A stretch of DNA of 64,000 nucleotides from a bacterium. GTDB lineage: Bacteria > UBA8248. The stretch lies in NCBI GenBank assembly GCA_965221165.1, contig CBDCRP010000002.1:768001-832000 (forward strand), written 5' to 3'. The translations under genes and the position numbers were made by a program. Positions 9,842 to 18,849 of the stretch are shown here, piece by piece (the first letter of the stretch is position 1; each line of letters starts with the position of its first letter). The notes under the pieces are model-generated. The model was not told where the DNA came from. It saw nothing but the letters and a program-made list of their open reading frames with translations, and searched no databases.

Positions 9842-10774
9842 ATGGCACTGGATCAGGAGGCCGCGATGGCCAACCCGGAGGGGGCGGCGGATATTGAAGA
9901 GAGGGGGCCGTCGGATTTTCGCTTGGCCATGCGCGAGCTTGGCCGCAGGCCCCCCGCCATCTTCGGTCTCATCTGCGTGGTCATTGTGATAACCTGGGCG
10001 CTCGCTCCGCAGCTCTCCTCCCCGCTGGACCCCGTGGACCAGAACCTGGCGCGCTATCTGAAGCCGCCCGGCTTCACGGACGCCGCGGGAAACGTCTATT
10101 GGTTCGGCACCGACCAGCAGGGGCGCGACATCCTCAGCCGCGTCATCTGGGGCTCGCGCATCTCCCTCTTCGTGGGGTTGACCACCGTGGTCCTGAGCGG
10201 GGCGATCGGGATCACGCTGGGGCTCATCGCGGGCTACTTCGGGGGGTTCATAGACACCGTTATCAACCGCTTCGTTGACACCGCCCTGGCCATCCCCTTC
10301 ATCCTGCTGGCCATGACCATCGTCGCGATCCTGGGGCCGAGCCTCCAGAACGTCATCCTCGCCATCGCGCTCAGAACCTGGATCGTCTACGCGCGGGTGG
10401 TCCGGGGGGAGGTGCTCTCCCTCAAAGAGAACGAGTACGTGATGGCGGCCAAGGCGGTCGCCTGCCCGACGTGGCGGATACTCGCACTGTACCTGCTGCC
10501 GAACGTTATGTCCTCCTCCATCGTGATCGCCACCCTCTACCTCGGCCGGATGATCATCATCGAATCAGCCCTGTCCTTCCTGGGGCTCGGCGTTCCGCCG
10601 CCGACGCCGACCTGGGGCGGCATGCTCTCCGACGGGCGGGTGTTCCTGGAGAGGGCCTGGTGGGTCGCCTTCTTCCCCGGCTTCACCCTCATGCTGACCG
10701 TGCTGGGCGTGAATCTCCTGGGGGATTGGTTGCGCGATGTGCTCGACCCGCGACTCAAGCGGCTGGTGGACTAG
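9842..10774 (+). CDS. Peptide/nickel ABC permease (DppC-like)
   Basis: FGTDQQGRDILSR, EYVMAAKA, LSFLGLG, NLLGDWLRD. Confidence 0.92.
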   Translation: MALDQEAAMANPEGAADIEERGPSDFRLAMRELGRRPPAIFGLICVVIVITWALAPQLSSPLDPVDQNLARYLKPPGFTDAAGNVYWFGTDQQGRDILSRVIWGSRISLFVGLTTVVLSGAIGITLGLIAGYFGGFIDTVINRFVDTALAIPFILLAMTIVAILGPSLQNVILAIALRTWIVYARVVRGEVLSLKENEYVMAAKAVACPTWRILALYLLPNVMSSSIVIATLYLGRMIIIESALSFLGLGVPPPTPTWGGMLSDGRVFLERAWWVAFFPGFTLMLTVLGVNLLGDWLRDVLDPRLKRLVD

Positions 10775-10785
10775 ACATCGCGGAG

Positions 10786-10810
10786 AAAAAGGGGCCGCGC
10801 GGCCCCCTTT
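10786..10810. terminator. Intrinsic terminator-like hairpin after dppC-like gene
   Basis: aaaaaggggccgcgcggcccccttt. Confidence 0.6.
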
Positions 10811-10813
10811 CCT

Positions 10814-12130
10814 TTGGAATCCCCATTTCCAGCGATGAAGGCTGCCCCGACGCCAATCCAGGCGCGAGCAATCCCAGAGCTTCTCGCTGGGCGTGACATG
10901 CTGGGTATTGCCCAGACAGGCACCGGCAAAACCGCGGCCTTTGCGCTGCCCATTCTTCAGCAGTTGTCGCGGCCACGCGGCGACGAGGGCGCCACCCGTA
11001 ACAAGCGCAACAATGTCAAAAACCGCAATCACAACGGCGCCAACAAAGCAGCCCGCAGACCGCGCGCCCTGGTCCTGGCGCCAACCCGCGAGCTTGCTAT
11101 CCAAATCGGTGAGGAATTCCGCGCCTACGGCAAGCACCTCGCGCTGCGTCAGACCGTAATCTTCGGTGGTGTCGGCCAGAAGCCGCAGGTCACTGCGCTG
11201 GTTCGTGGGCTCGACATTCTGATTGCGACGCCCGGGCGGCTGCTCGATCTAATGGAGCAGGGGCATGTCCGGCTCGATGCGATCGAATTCCTGGTTCTCG
11301 ATGAAGTCGACCGGATGCTCGATATGGGCTTTGTGCACGATGTCCGCAAGATCATGGCGGCGATGCCCAAGTCTCGCCAGTCGTTGCTTTTTTCCGCTAC
11401 CATGCCCAGCGAAATATCCCGGCTGTCGGCCGAGATCCTGACCGATCCGGTGCGGATAGAGGTGACACCCCAGGCAACGCCGATCGATCGTATCGAGAAG
11501 AGCATTTATCACGTCACCACCGCCGGAAAGCGGGTTTTGCTCGACACCATTCTCAAGGATCCCGCCATGTCGCGAGTGATTGTCTTTGCGCGCACCAAGC
11601 ACCATGCCAACCGTGTCGCAGAACAGCTCGGCAAGGGCGGCGTCGCAGCCGAGGCGCTCCACGGCAAGAAATCCCAGGGTGCCCGCCAGCGCGCCCTCAA
11701 GCGATTCCGCGACGGCCAGGCGCGGGTCCTGGTGGCGACCGATATCGCGGCCCGCGGCATCAATGTGGTTTCCGTCAGCCATGTCATCAATTGCGAACTC
11801 CCCAACGAGCCGGAAAATTATGTCCATCGAATCGGGCGGACAGCGCGGGCCGGTGCGGGCGGTGCGGCGATTGCCTTTTGCGATCCGAGCGAGCGGGCCT
11901 ATCTGAGCGATATCGAAAAGCTGATCAAGTGCCGGCTGACGGTGATTGGTGACGAACCCGCCCCGGCCGATCCCAAGCCGGCCTCCCCGGATCAGCGCGG
12001 CAGTCGCAGACCCAATAGAAGAACCCGGAAGCCCCGTAACAGGCCCGAACCCAGGACCGGCCGGCCCGGTAAAAACCGTCATCGCAGTCGATCCACAAGA
12101 GGCGGAGGAGCACCGCAGCCGGCGGCCTGA
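10814..12130 (+). pseudogene. RhlE-like DEAD-box RNA helicase, 5'-truncated and probably decaying
   Basis: PTPIQ, AQTGTGKT, PTRELA, TPGRL, SAT and HRIGRTAR present; N-terminal Q-motif missing; motif II reads DEVD, motif V reads ARGINV. Confidence 0.65.
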
Positions 12131-12421
12131 AGCGGCGCCGTTATCCACCATACCGGCCGGCGTTTCTTACTGTGCGGCGGGCCGGGGTGACGTAGGCTCC
12201 GGCGGCTATCTTCCAGCGGAAAAAATTACGAACGCTACTTTTATCGCCGAACATTGCCGCCCGCGCCGTCGGGACGGCCAAAACGGGGGCTGCGCCGGGC
12301 ACGCGCCCAGACAAGGATTGATCCGGGCTATCGCCTTATCCAGCGGGCGGATTACGGTAGCTGGCCATGGCCCCGGCGGGGAGCGGGCCAGTGGCCGCGA
12401 AGGCTGGCGAAGCTCGCGATA

Positions 12422-12647
12422 TCAGTCGCGGTGCGCCACGTGGGCCAGAAAGCCCAGTACCTTCGCCCTGCTCAGCTTGTTCCAGAACGCGACCGATCCG
12501 TCCGGCCGCGCGCCGTGGAGTTGAAAGCCTTGTTTCGGCAGATCGATGCCGATGATGCTCACTTGTCCCATGAGTGCCTCCTTACGGGCGGTAAGCAAAG
12601 CAACCTGCCACAGTGTGGTACTGCCGGGAGGGGGCGTCCACCCCATC
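12422..12647 (-). mobile_element. IS110-family element end plus N-terminal transposase fragment
   Basis: ATG 12571: MGQVSIIGIDLPKQGFQLHG...KLSRAKVLGFL (DEDD RuvC start); upstream end-like sequence gatggggtggacgcccc. Confidence 0.7.
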
Positions 12648-12908
12648 GCTTGCCGACAGGAACTTCGCCGCCACGGACAAATGCGAGGAAATGCGTGCTC
12701 AGCCCCGACCGATGAGGTCAATCGCGACTGATGAGTGAGCAATGAACCTGTCCTAATAATATCAACGGGATAAATGGATTTCACAGCCGGTGGAAATGCC
12801 CTGGTGTCTCTATGCGGGCGAAATATTCGGGCCAAAAAACGGCTGGAAACTCGAGGGATTTTCCAGGCTATCGGCAATAGTTATTGTCCGGCTACGGCGC
12901 GCGAATGT

Positions 12909-13703
12909 TCAGAAGATCGAATGGAATTTTCCGCCGTCGACGTTGATCGTTGCTCCCGTGATGTAGCCCGCGTGAACCGACGCCAGAAACACCGCCAGCC
13001 CCGCCACTTCTTCGGGAGAGCCGAATCGTCCGAGGGGAATTTGTGATTCACGGGCCCGCCGCATTTCGTAGATCGGTATCCCTCGTTCCTTGGCGAGTTG
13101 TTCCGTCATCCAGTCCTGCATGGGCGTATCGATCTGCCCCAGACAGATCGTGTTCACCAGGATATCGTCTTTGGCCAGGGCTTGGGAGAGTCCTTTGCTC
13201 AGGCCCAAAAGCGCGGCGTTCGTCGTGCTTCCTCCCAGAACGCCGGGCAGGGGTTCTTTCCCGGTTCCTCCGACCATGTTGATGATCCGTCCGCCATGTT
13301 GCTTTTTCATGAAATGCGCCGCCTCGCGCGTGATCACGAGATAACCGACGATCTTCGTGTCCACGGTCTTTCGAATCTGCGCCGGCGTCAGCGAGGGAAG
13401 CGAACTCGGCGCCGCGCGTCCTGCGTTGTTCACGAGGATGTCCAGCCGACCGAAAGACTCGACCACGCGAGACGCGAGCTCCGTGGCTTGCTCCTCCACG
13501 CCGATGTCCGCACGAAGAGAGAGACCCACACCGCCCCGCTCCTCGACCACCTTCAGGGTGGTGTCCAGGCGGGCTTGATCCCGACCGCAGAAGGCGACCT
13601 TCGCGCCTTGGTCCGCCAAGGCCAATACCGTCGCCTTTCCAATCCCGCTTGTCCCTCCGGTGACGAGAGCAACCTTCCCCTCCAGGTACATGTCCATTGC
13701 CAA
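12909..13703 (-). CDS. SDR family oxidoreductase with atypical active site
   Basis: TGGTSGIG, LVNNAG, PLGRFG, ITGATINVDGG; YxxxK position reads GSTTN. Confidence 0.88.
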   Translation of the reverse strand: MAMDMYLEGKVALVTGGTSGIGKATVLALADQGAKVAFCGRDQARLDTTLKVVEERGGVGLSLRADIGVEEQATELASRVVESFGRLDILVNNAGRAAPSSLPSLTPAQIRKTVDTKIVGYLVITREAAHFMKKQHGGRIINMVGGTGKEPLPGVLGGSTTNAALLGLSKGLSQALAKDDILVNTICLGQIDTPMQDWMTEQLAKERGIPIYEMRRARESQIPLGRFGSPEEVAGLAVFLASVHAGYITGATINVDGGKFHSIF

Positions 13704-13811
13704 TCCTCATCGCTCGTGAATGAACTATCGTTTCCTACTGATGGAAGATGCAGGGCGACTCTTGACGAAAGCGCCCGGGTCGACGATGCGGCGAAGCTCC
13801 GGCAAAGCCTT

Positions 13812-14918
13812 CTATCCCAGAACGATTTTCCCCATGCCGTCCTCCCGGGTGATTCGGGTAGTGAACTCCGCCGAGAGCCTCTCCACGAGGTCGATCACTC
13901 CTTCGGCTCTCTCTCCGTCAACGAAGCCGGGATTGCCTGAATCGTCAATCAAAGCCGGAACGAAGCCTAAGTCCGCTACACCATCCTTTTCGACCGTGAG
14001 TTCAAAGAGAGCCGTCTCCCGCGGCATGCGCTTTTTAATGAGTTCCGGCGTCATCACGCCACCGTAGGACAGTTCGGAGTTTCCGACATCGGGCAGTTCG
14101 TGGAAGATGAAATTTCCTACCCCGTAGAGGATCGGCTTTCCTTTGTAGATTTCGACAGCCTGAAGCGTGTGGGAGTGATGCCCCAGAACCACATCCGCGC
14201 CCGCATCTACGAGCGCGCGACCGACACACGTCTGGTATTCCGCCAGGTCGTAGCGGCTCGCCAGCCCCCAATGACCGGCGATGATCACGATGTCCGCCTC
14301 TCGCTTCGCCGCCGCCACGACTTTTTGCATGCGCGTGATATCGGCCTGAAGCGGAAAAGTTTTCACCGGAGGGGGCGTCCCGGGTTGTTCCTGGGTTCTC
14401 GGGCTCGGCTCCAGGACGAAAGCGGAAAAGATATGGATGGGCGCGAGGCCGGGGCGCTCCTCACCCGCGGAGCAGCCGAGCGGAAGGGTGGAGGCGAAAC
14501 CCAGGAAAGCCACGCGGACCCCGGCCTTCTGAATGATGGCCGGCGCGTACGCCTCCTGCAAATTCCGGCCTGCTCCCACGCGCCGAACCCCCTTCGCGTC
14601 GAGAATGGACAGGGTGTCCAAAAGCGCGTCGTAGCCGTAGTCGAGCATGTGATTGTTAGCGAGGGTGACAACGTCCACCCCCATCTCGTCCAACTCATCG
14701 ATCAGGGAAGGGTGGGACCGTAGATACGTGTATTTTTCGGCCGGATAGCCCCTTTCGGAATACGGGCTCTCCAGGTTGATGAACGTCACGTCGGCCCCCG
14801 CCATGCGCTCGAAAAGAGCGCGCACGGGTTCCGCTGCCGGCTCTCCCGGACGAGGAAGCTTCTTGCCGATGAACGCGTCCCCGGCCAACGCGATGGAAAC
14901 CGTCCCTTCGTTGGACAT
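13812..14918 (-). CDS. CapA/PGA_cap metallophosphoesterase-fold protein (copy 2)
   Basis: AGD, NLE, ANNHMLDYG, HWG, GHHSH, YGVGNFIF; no signal peptide. Confidence 0.88.
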   Translation of the reverse strand: MSNEGTVSIALAGDAFIGKKLPRPGEPAAEPVRALFERMAGADVTFINLESPYSERGYPAEKYTYLRSHPSLIDELDEMGVDVVTLANNHMLDYGYDALLDTLSILDAKGVRRVGAGRNLQEAYAPAIIQKAGVRVAFLGFASTLPLGCSAGEERPGLAPIHIFSAFVLEPSPRTQEQPGTPPPVKTFPLQADITRMQKVVAAAKREADIVIIAGHWGLASRYDLAEYQTCVGRALVDAGADVVLGHHSHTLQAVEIYKGKPILYGVGNFIFHELPDVGNSELSYGGVMTPELIKKRMPRETALFELTVEKDGVADLGFVPALIDDSGNPGFVDGERAEGVIDLVERLSAEFTTRITREDGMGKIVLG

Positions 14919-14942
14919 CCTGTCTCACTCCTATTGTAACAA

Positions 14943-16016
14943 TCAGGCCGCCTTTTCTCCGAGCCTGACCAGGCCACGGCTGCCGGCGAACTCGATCACC
15001 GTTCCGTATTTCGCCGACAAGTCGGAAACTTCTCCCACGATCCGCATCGTTTCCTCCGGTTCGGCGAGGCGTGGGTGTCCGGACGAGTTCAAAACGAGCG
15101 GCATGAGCGCCAACTCGCGCACTCCCTCCACCCCGAGACGGGCTTCCACCAGGAGTTCGTCTTTCGACATGAAATCGTACACGTTCCTGGACATGCCTTC
15201 GGGAAGCTCGTGAAACAGGAAATTGCTCACACCGTAGATAATCGGCGTGCTCTCGACCATCTCCACCGGTTGGATGCAATGTGCGTGGTGGCCGACGATG
15301 AGGTCTGCGCCCGCCGCGGCGAGAGCGTGTCCGACGTCGCGTTGGTAATCCATGAGGGCGTTTACGTTCGGCAACCCCCAGTGGGGCAGGACGACCACGA
15401 GGTCGGAGGAACTTTTCGCTTCGCGCACCGCGTTCTGGAGGGTCTGGATGTCCTCGGGGGAGGAGAAAGTCATAACGGGAGGTGGAGTGCCCGGTTGCTC
15501 TTGGGTCCGTGCGCTCGACTCGACCACCCAGGCCGTGAAGACGTGTAGTGGATTCACGCCCGGCCTGTCTTCTCCCGCCGCGCTTCCCAGAGGAAGTGTG
15601 GCCGCACACGCAAGAAAAGTCACGTGGATGCCCTTTGCCTCGAGAACCAACGGACAGGACGCTTCTTCGATGTCCCGGCCCGCCCCCACGAAGGGGATTC
15701 CTTCGCTTCGCAGAATGTCCAAGGTGTCCAGGAGGGCGTCGGGACCATAGTCGAGCATGTGGTTGTTCGCTATCGTGACGCAATCGACCCCCAGGTGATG
15801 TAGATCTTCCACGCGCTCCGGCGGCACCCGCATGCGGACGATCTTTTCGGCCGGCGCGCCCCGCCGCGAAAGCGGCATCTCTAAAACGCATACCGAGAGA
15901 TCCGCCGCTCGGAGCTGATCGAGGACCATTTCGAGGCGGGGTTCATCTCGAGGGAGCGGGCGGTTAACCCAAAAGTCTCCCGCGACGGCCAAAGTTATCG
16001 TATCGGCTGTGCTCAT
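14943..16016 (-). CDS. CapA/PGA_cap metallophosphoesterase-fold protein (copy 1)
   Basis: AGD, ANNHMLDYG, HWG, GHHAH, YGVSNFLF; no signal peptide. Confidence 0.88.
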   Translation of the reverse strand: MSTADTITLAVAGDFWVNRPLPRDEPRLEMVLDQLRAADLSVCVLEMPLSRRGAPAEKIVRMRVPPERVEDLHHLGVDCVTIANNHMLDYGPDALLDTLDILRSEGIPFVGAGRDIEEASCPLVLEAKGIHVTFLACAATLPLGSAAGEDRPGVNPLHVFTAWVVESSARTQEQPGTPPPVMTFSSPEDIQTLQNAVREAKSSSDLVVVLPHWGLPNVNALMDYQRDVGHALAAAGADLIVGHHAHCIQPVEMVESTPIIYGVSNFLFHELPEGMSRNVYDFMSKDELLVEARLGVEGVRELALMPLVLNSSGHPRLAEPEETMRIVGEVSDLSAKYGTVIEFAGSRGLVRLGEKAA

Positions 16017-17413
16017 CCCTTCTTTCCCATCCGCAAGTACCGCCCGTCCGTGCGTCTGAGTTGAGCGATTCGCCTCAGCGCCCGGTCAACTTGCTGCGGG
16101 CATGTGCCGATGTAGTTTTCCGGTTTTGTGACCTCGTCGATTTCCTCGACGGTGAGATGTTTTCGCGCGACCGGATACGCGAGGAGGCACTCCTTCAGCG
16201 AGCGTCCCTCTTCCCTCGCTTGCTGGGCGGCGTCATGGCAGATGGTATGCGCTTCGACCTTTCGCTTCGTCTTCTGATACAGGCGCAGCATCACCGCTTC
16301 GGTCATGGTGAACTCTCGTTGAAGCTCGAGATTGCGGCGCATCGCTTTTTTGTCGACGACAAGGCCGCCGTAAATCTGCTTGGCCGCCGCGACCGCGGAT
16401 GACGCCAAACCGAAGCTCTCGGCGATTCGCGAGAATTCCACGGCGTAGCGGCTCGCGTCACGCTCGTGCTGCTGCTGGACGTCCATCATGGCGAGCGCGT
16501 TTGTCCGTGAGAGCTTGGCGAGTCCTTCCTGCCATTCACTTGTCTCAGGATTGCGTTTGTGGGGGAAGGTGCTGCTGCTGTGCTGGTGTTCGATGTCCCA
16601 GGGCTCCGCCACTTCGGCCACTTCGGTCCGCTGGAGGTCGCGGAGGTCCATCCCCGCTTCCCCCAGTGTTGAATTGATCAGCGCGAGAATGTTGAGCAAT
16701 TCCGCAAAGCGGTCCGTCCGATGGTGCATGCTGATGTAGGGAACTTGGAGCGCCAGCCGCTTGGCCACCAACGTTTCCATCCGCCGGGTGGTGTGAAGGT
16801 CGCTCAGGTAGACGAAAGTGGACTGAGCGCCGGTTCCAGAAGAGACGTTCGCGTAAAAAAGCCGCTTGCTGCACTCCTTGAGTCGCTCGATGTGATCCCG
16901 GAGCTCGCTGCAAAGAATCGCGATCTTCTGGCCGTATGTGACGGGAGAGGCCTGCTGACCCTCCGTTCGACCGGCCATGACGGTGGTGCGATGACGTCGG
17001 GCCAGACGGACGAGGATGGATTCGAGCTCTCGAAGCTCGGTGAGAAGGAGGACGTAAGACTCGCGGATCTGCAGCGTCAGACCGCCGTCCAGGATGTCCT
17101 GGGTCGTCGTTCCGAGATGGAAATATTCCCCTTCAGGCCCCGCCACCTTCGCGAAAGCGTGAACCAGCGAGACGATCCAGTGGCGCGCCTTCTCGAACTC
17201 GCGGAAGACGAGAAGGGGGGTGACCTTCTTCACGTCGCAACTGCGCACGATGGCCTTGGACGCCCATTTCGGAATCATCTTCACTTCCCCTTGCGCCCAG
17301 GCGATGGCCGCCTCCACGTCGAGCCATTTTTGGACCATGTTCTCTTCGGTCCAGATAGTCCGCATCTCGGGCGTGGCGTAATAATCACGAAGCAACAGGC
17401 ACTGATCTTTCAT
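16013..17413 (-). CDS. Adenylosuccinate lyase/CMLE-like class I lyase (fumarase/aspartase superfamily)
   Basis: Start MKDQ at 17413; HLGTTTQD, GRTEGQQA, SSTFPHKRNP, HERD motifs; stop overlaps the next start. Confidence 0.85.
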   Translation of the reverse strand: MKDQCLLLRDYYATPEMRTIWTEENMVQKWLDVEAAIAWAQGEVKMIPKWASKAIVRSCDVKKVTPLLVFREFEKARHWIVSLVHAFAKVAGPEGEYFHLGTTTQDILDGGLTLQIRESYVLLLTELRELESILVRLARRHRTTVMAGRTEGQQASPVTYGQKIAILCSELRDHIERLKECSKRLFYANVSSGTGAQSTFVYLSDLHTTRRMETLVAKRLALQVPYISMHHRTDRFAELLNILALINSTLGEAGMDLRDLQRTEVAEVAEPWDIEHQHSSSTFPHKRNPETSEWQEGLAKLSRTNALAMMDVQQQHERDASRYAVEFSRIAESFGLASSAVAAAKQIYGGLVVDKKAMRRNLELQREFTMTEAVMLRLYQKTKRKVEAHTICHDAAQQAREEGRSLKECLLAYPVARKHLTVEEIDEVTKPENYIGTCPQQVDRALRRIAQLRRTDGRYLRMGKKG

Positions 17414-17463
17414 TTTTTCTCCGCGGTTTTCCGTTGTTTGGAGGAATGAATAGAATAAGAAGC

Positions 17464-18849
17464 TTAATCCAGCGATGGTTGAGCAAAACGGCCGCTGCCC
17501 GGCGGGACCACCAAATCTCCGTCCTTGGCGATCAGCTCCCCGCGCAGAAAGGTCATCACCGGCGCTCCCACAAAAGTTCTGTTGGCGAAGGCCGTGTACT
17601 TTCCTTTGCTTTTTCCCTTCGCCGGATCGACGAGCACGGTCCGCTCCATATCGACCACCACAAGATCGGCGTCCGCTCCCGCGCGGATCGTCCCCTTTCT
17701 CGGGAAAAGGCGGAAAATCCTCGCCGGCGCCTCGCACAAACGTGCAACAAGCGTCGGGAGCGTCAGGAGACCTTGATTCACTTCGTTCAGCATCGAAGGC
17801 AGAAAAATTTCGAGGCCGGGTCCGCCGGGAGGGGCGATCCATATATTTTCGTCATTCTTCAGCTCGTTTATCTGGGGGGCGTGGTCGGTTCCCATGGTGT
17901 CGATGGTCCCGTCCAAGAACCCTTCACGGAGGGCATCGCGATCGGCGGCCGTCTTGACGGGCGGGCTGAATTTTCCCCATGAACCCACCGCGTGAAGGTC
18001 CTCGTCGCACAAGAGCAGATTGCACGGCGCCACCTCGGAGGTGATCTTCGGATTTTTTTTCTTCGCGTTGCGGATGAGTTGAACCGCCTCGGCGCCGATG
18101 ACATGACATATATGCAAACGGGCCCCCGTGGCCGTGGATAGGGTGAGGGCATCGAAGACCGCGAGGTCCTCGGCGAAATTCGGCCGACTCAGACGCCAAG
18201 CGTCGATGTCCGGTTTCATATTTTCCTTGCATCGTTCGGTGAAGAGATCGAGAATCGGATTTGATTCGGCGTGGATTCCAATCTGTCCATCGAAGCCCGC
18301 GATTTCTTCGAACAGGAGGAAGAGCTTGTCTATGTCGACTGTAATGTAATCCTCGAAGTCTTTTTTGAAGGCCCCCGTTACAGCGGTGAAAATCTTGTAA
18401 CCGATGGCGCCCAACTCCCGGAAGTGATGGAGTTCTTTTCGGTTCTGATCGCAAGCCCAGGCATAGAGGGCGATATCTGCGTACGTACGATTTTCGATCA
18501 GCGACTTTCGTTCGCGAAAATCCTCGGCCGTGAGAACATCAGGTACGCCGTTGGGCATTTGCATCACCGTCGTCACTCCGCCGACGGCGGCGCAGGCGGT
18601 TGCGGTGGTGAAGTCTTCCTTTTCGGATTCCCCCATGTCGCGCAGGTGTACGTGGGGGTCAATGATTCCCGGCAGAAGGAATTTCCCCCCGAGATCGATC
18701 TCCTCCGCGCTTCTCCCGGGAAGAGGGCCTTCTTCGACTGAAGCAATCTGCCCGTCGCGCAGAGCCACGTTGGCGTGGCGAATCTCTTCGGGCGTCACAA
18801 CTTTTACGTTCATCAAGTTGTAATCGCGATTTACGTCTTGGGGCGTCAT
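17464..18849 (-). CDS. Allantoinase/dihydroorotase-like cyclic amidohydrolase
   Basis: DPHVHLR, QMPN, GYKIF, IHAE, ICHV, GTDHAP; start overlaps the TRAP permease stop. Confidence 0.88.
   Translation of the reverse strand: MTPQDVNRDYNLMNVKVVTPEEIRHANVALRDGQIASVEEGPLPGRSAEEIDLGGKFLLPGIIDPHVHLRDMGESEKEDFTTATACAAVGGVTTVMQMPNGVPDVLTAEDFRERKSLIENRTYADIALYAWACDQNRKELHHFRELGAIGYKIFTAVTGAFKKDFEDYITVDIDKLFLLFEEIAGFDGQIGIHAESNPILDLFTERCKENMKPDIDAWRLSRPNFAEDLAVFDALTLSTATGARLHICHVIGAEAVQLIRNAKKKNPKITSEVAPCNLLLCDEDLHAVGSWGKFSPPVKTAADRDALREGFLDGTIDTMGTDHAPQINELKNDENIWIAPPGGPGLEIFLPSMLNEVNQGLLTLPTLVARLCEAPARIFRLFPRKGTIRAGADADLVVVDMERTVLVDPAKGKSKGKYTAFANRTFVGAPVMTFLRGELIAKDGDLVVPPGSGRFAQPSLD

Noticed and set aside
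12572-12647. IS110 bridge RNA
   Set aside because: Only ~75 bp of noncoding end remains and no target- or donor-binding loop structure can be supported by eye
13812-16016. Poly-gamma-glutamate capsule locus
   Set aside because: No capB/capC, no membrane anchors, and a catabolic context
16013-18849. Housekeeping purB and pyrC
   Set aside because: The lyase lacks the GRTH His, the amidohydrolase has DHAPQ rather than DHAPH, and both sit in a transporter/regulator operon
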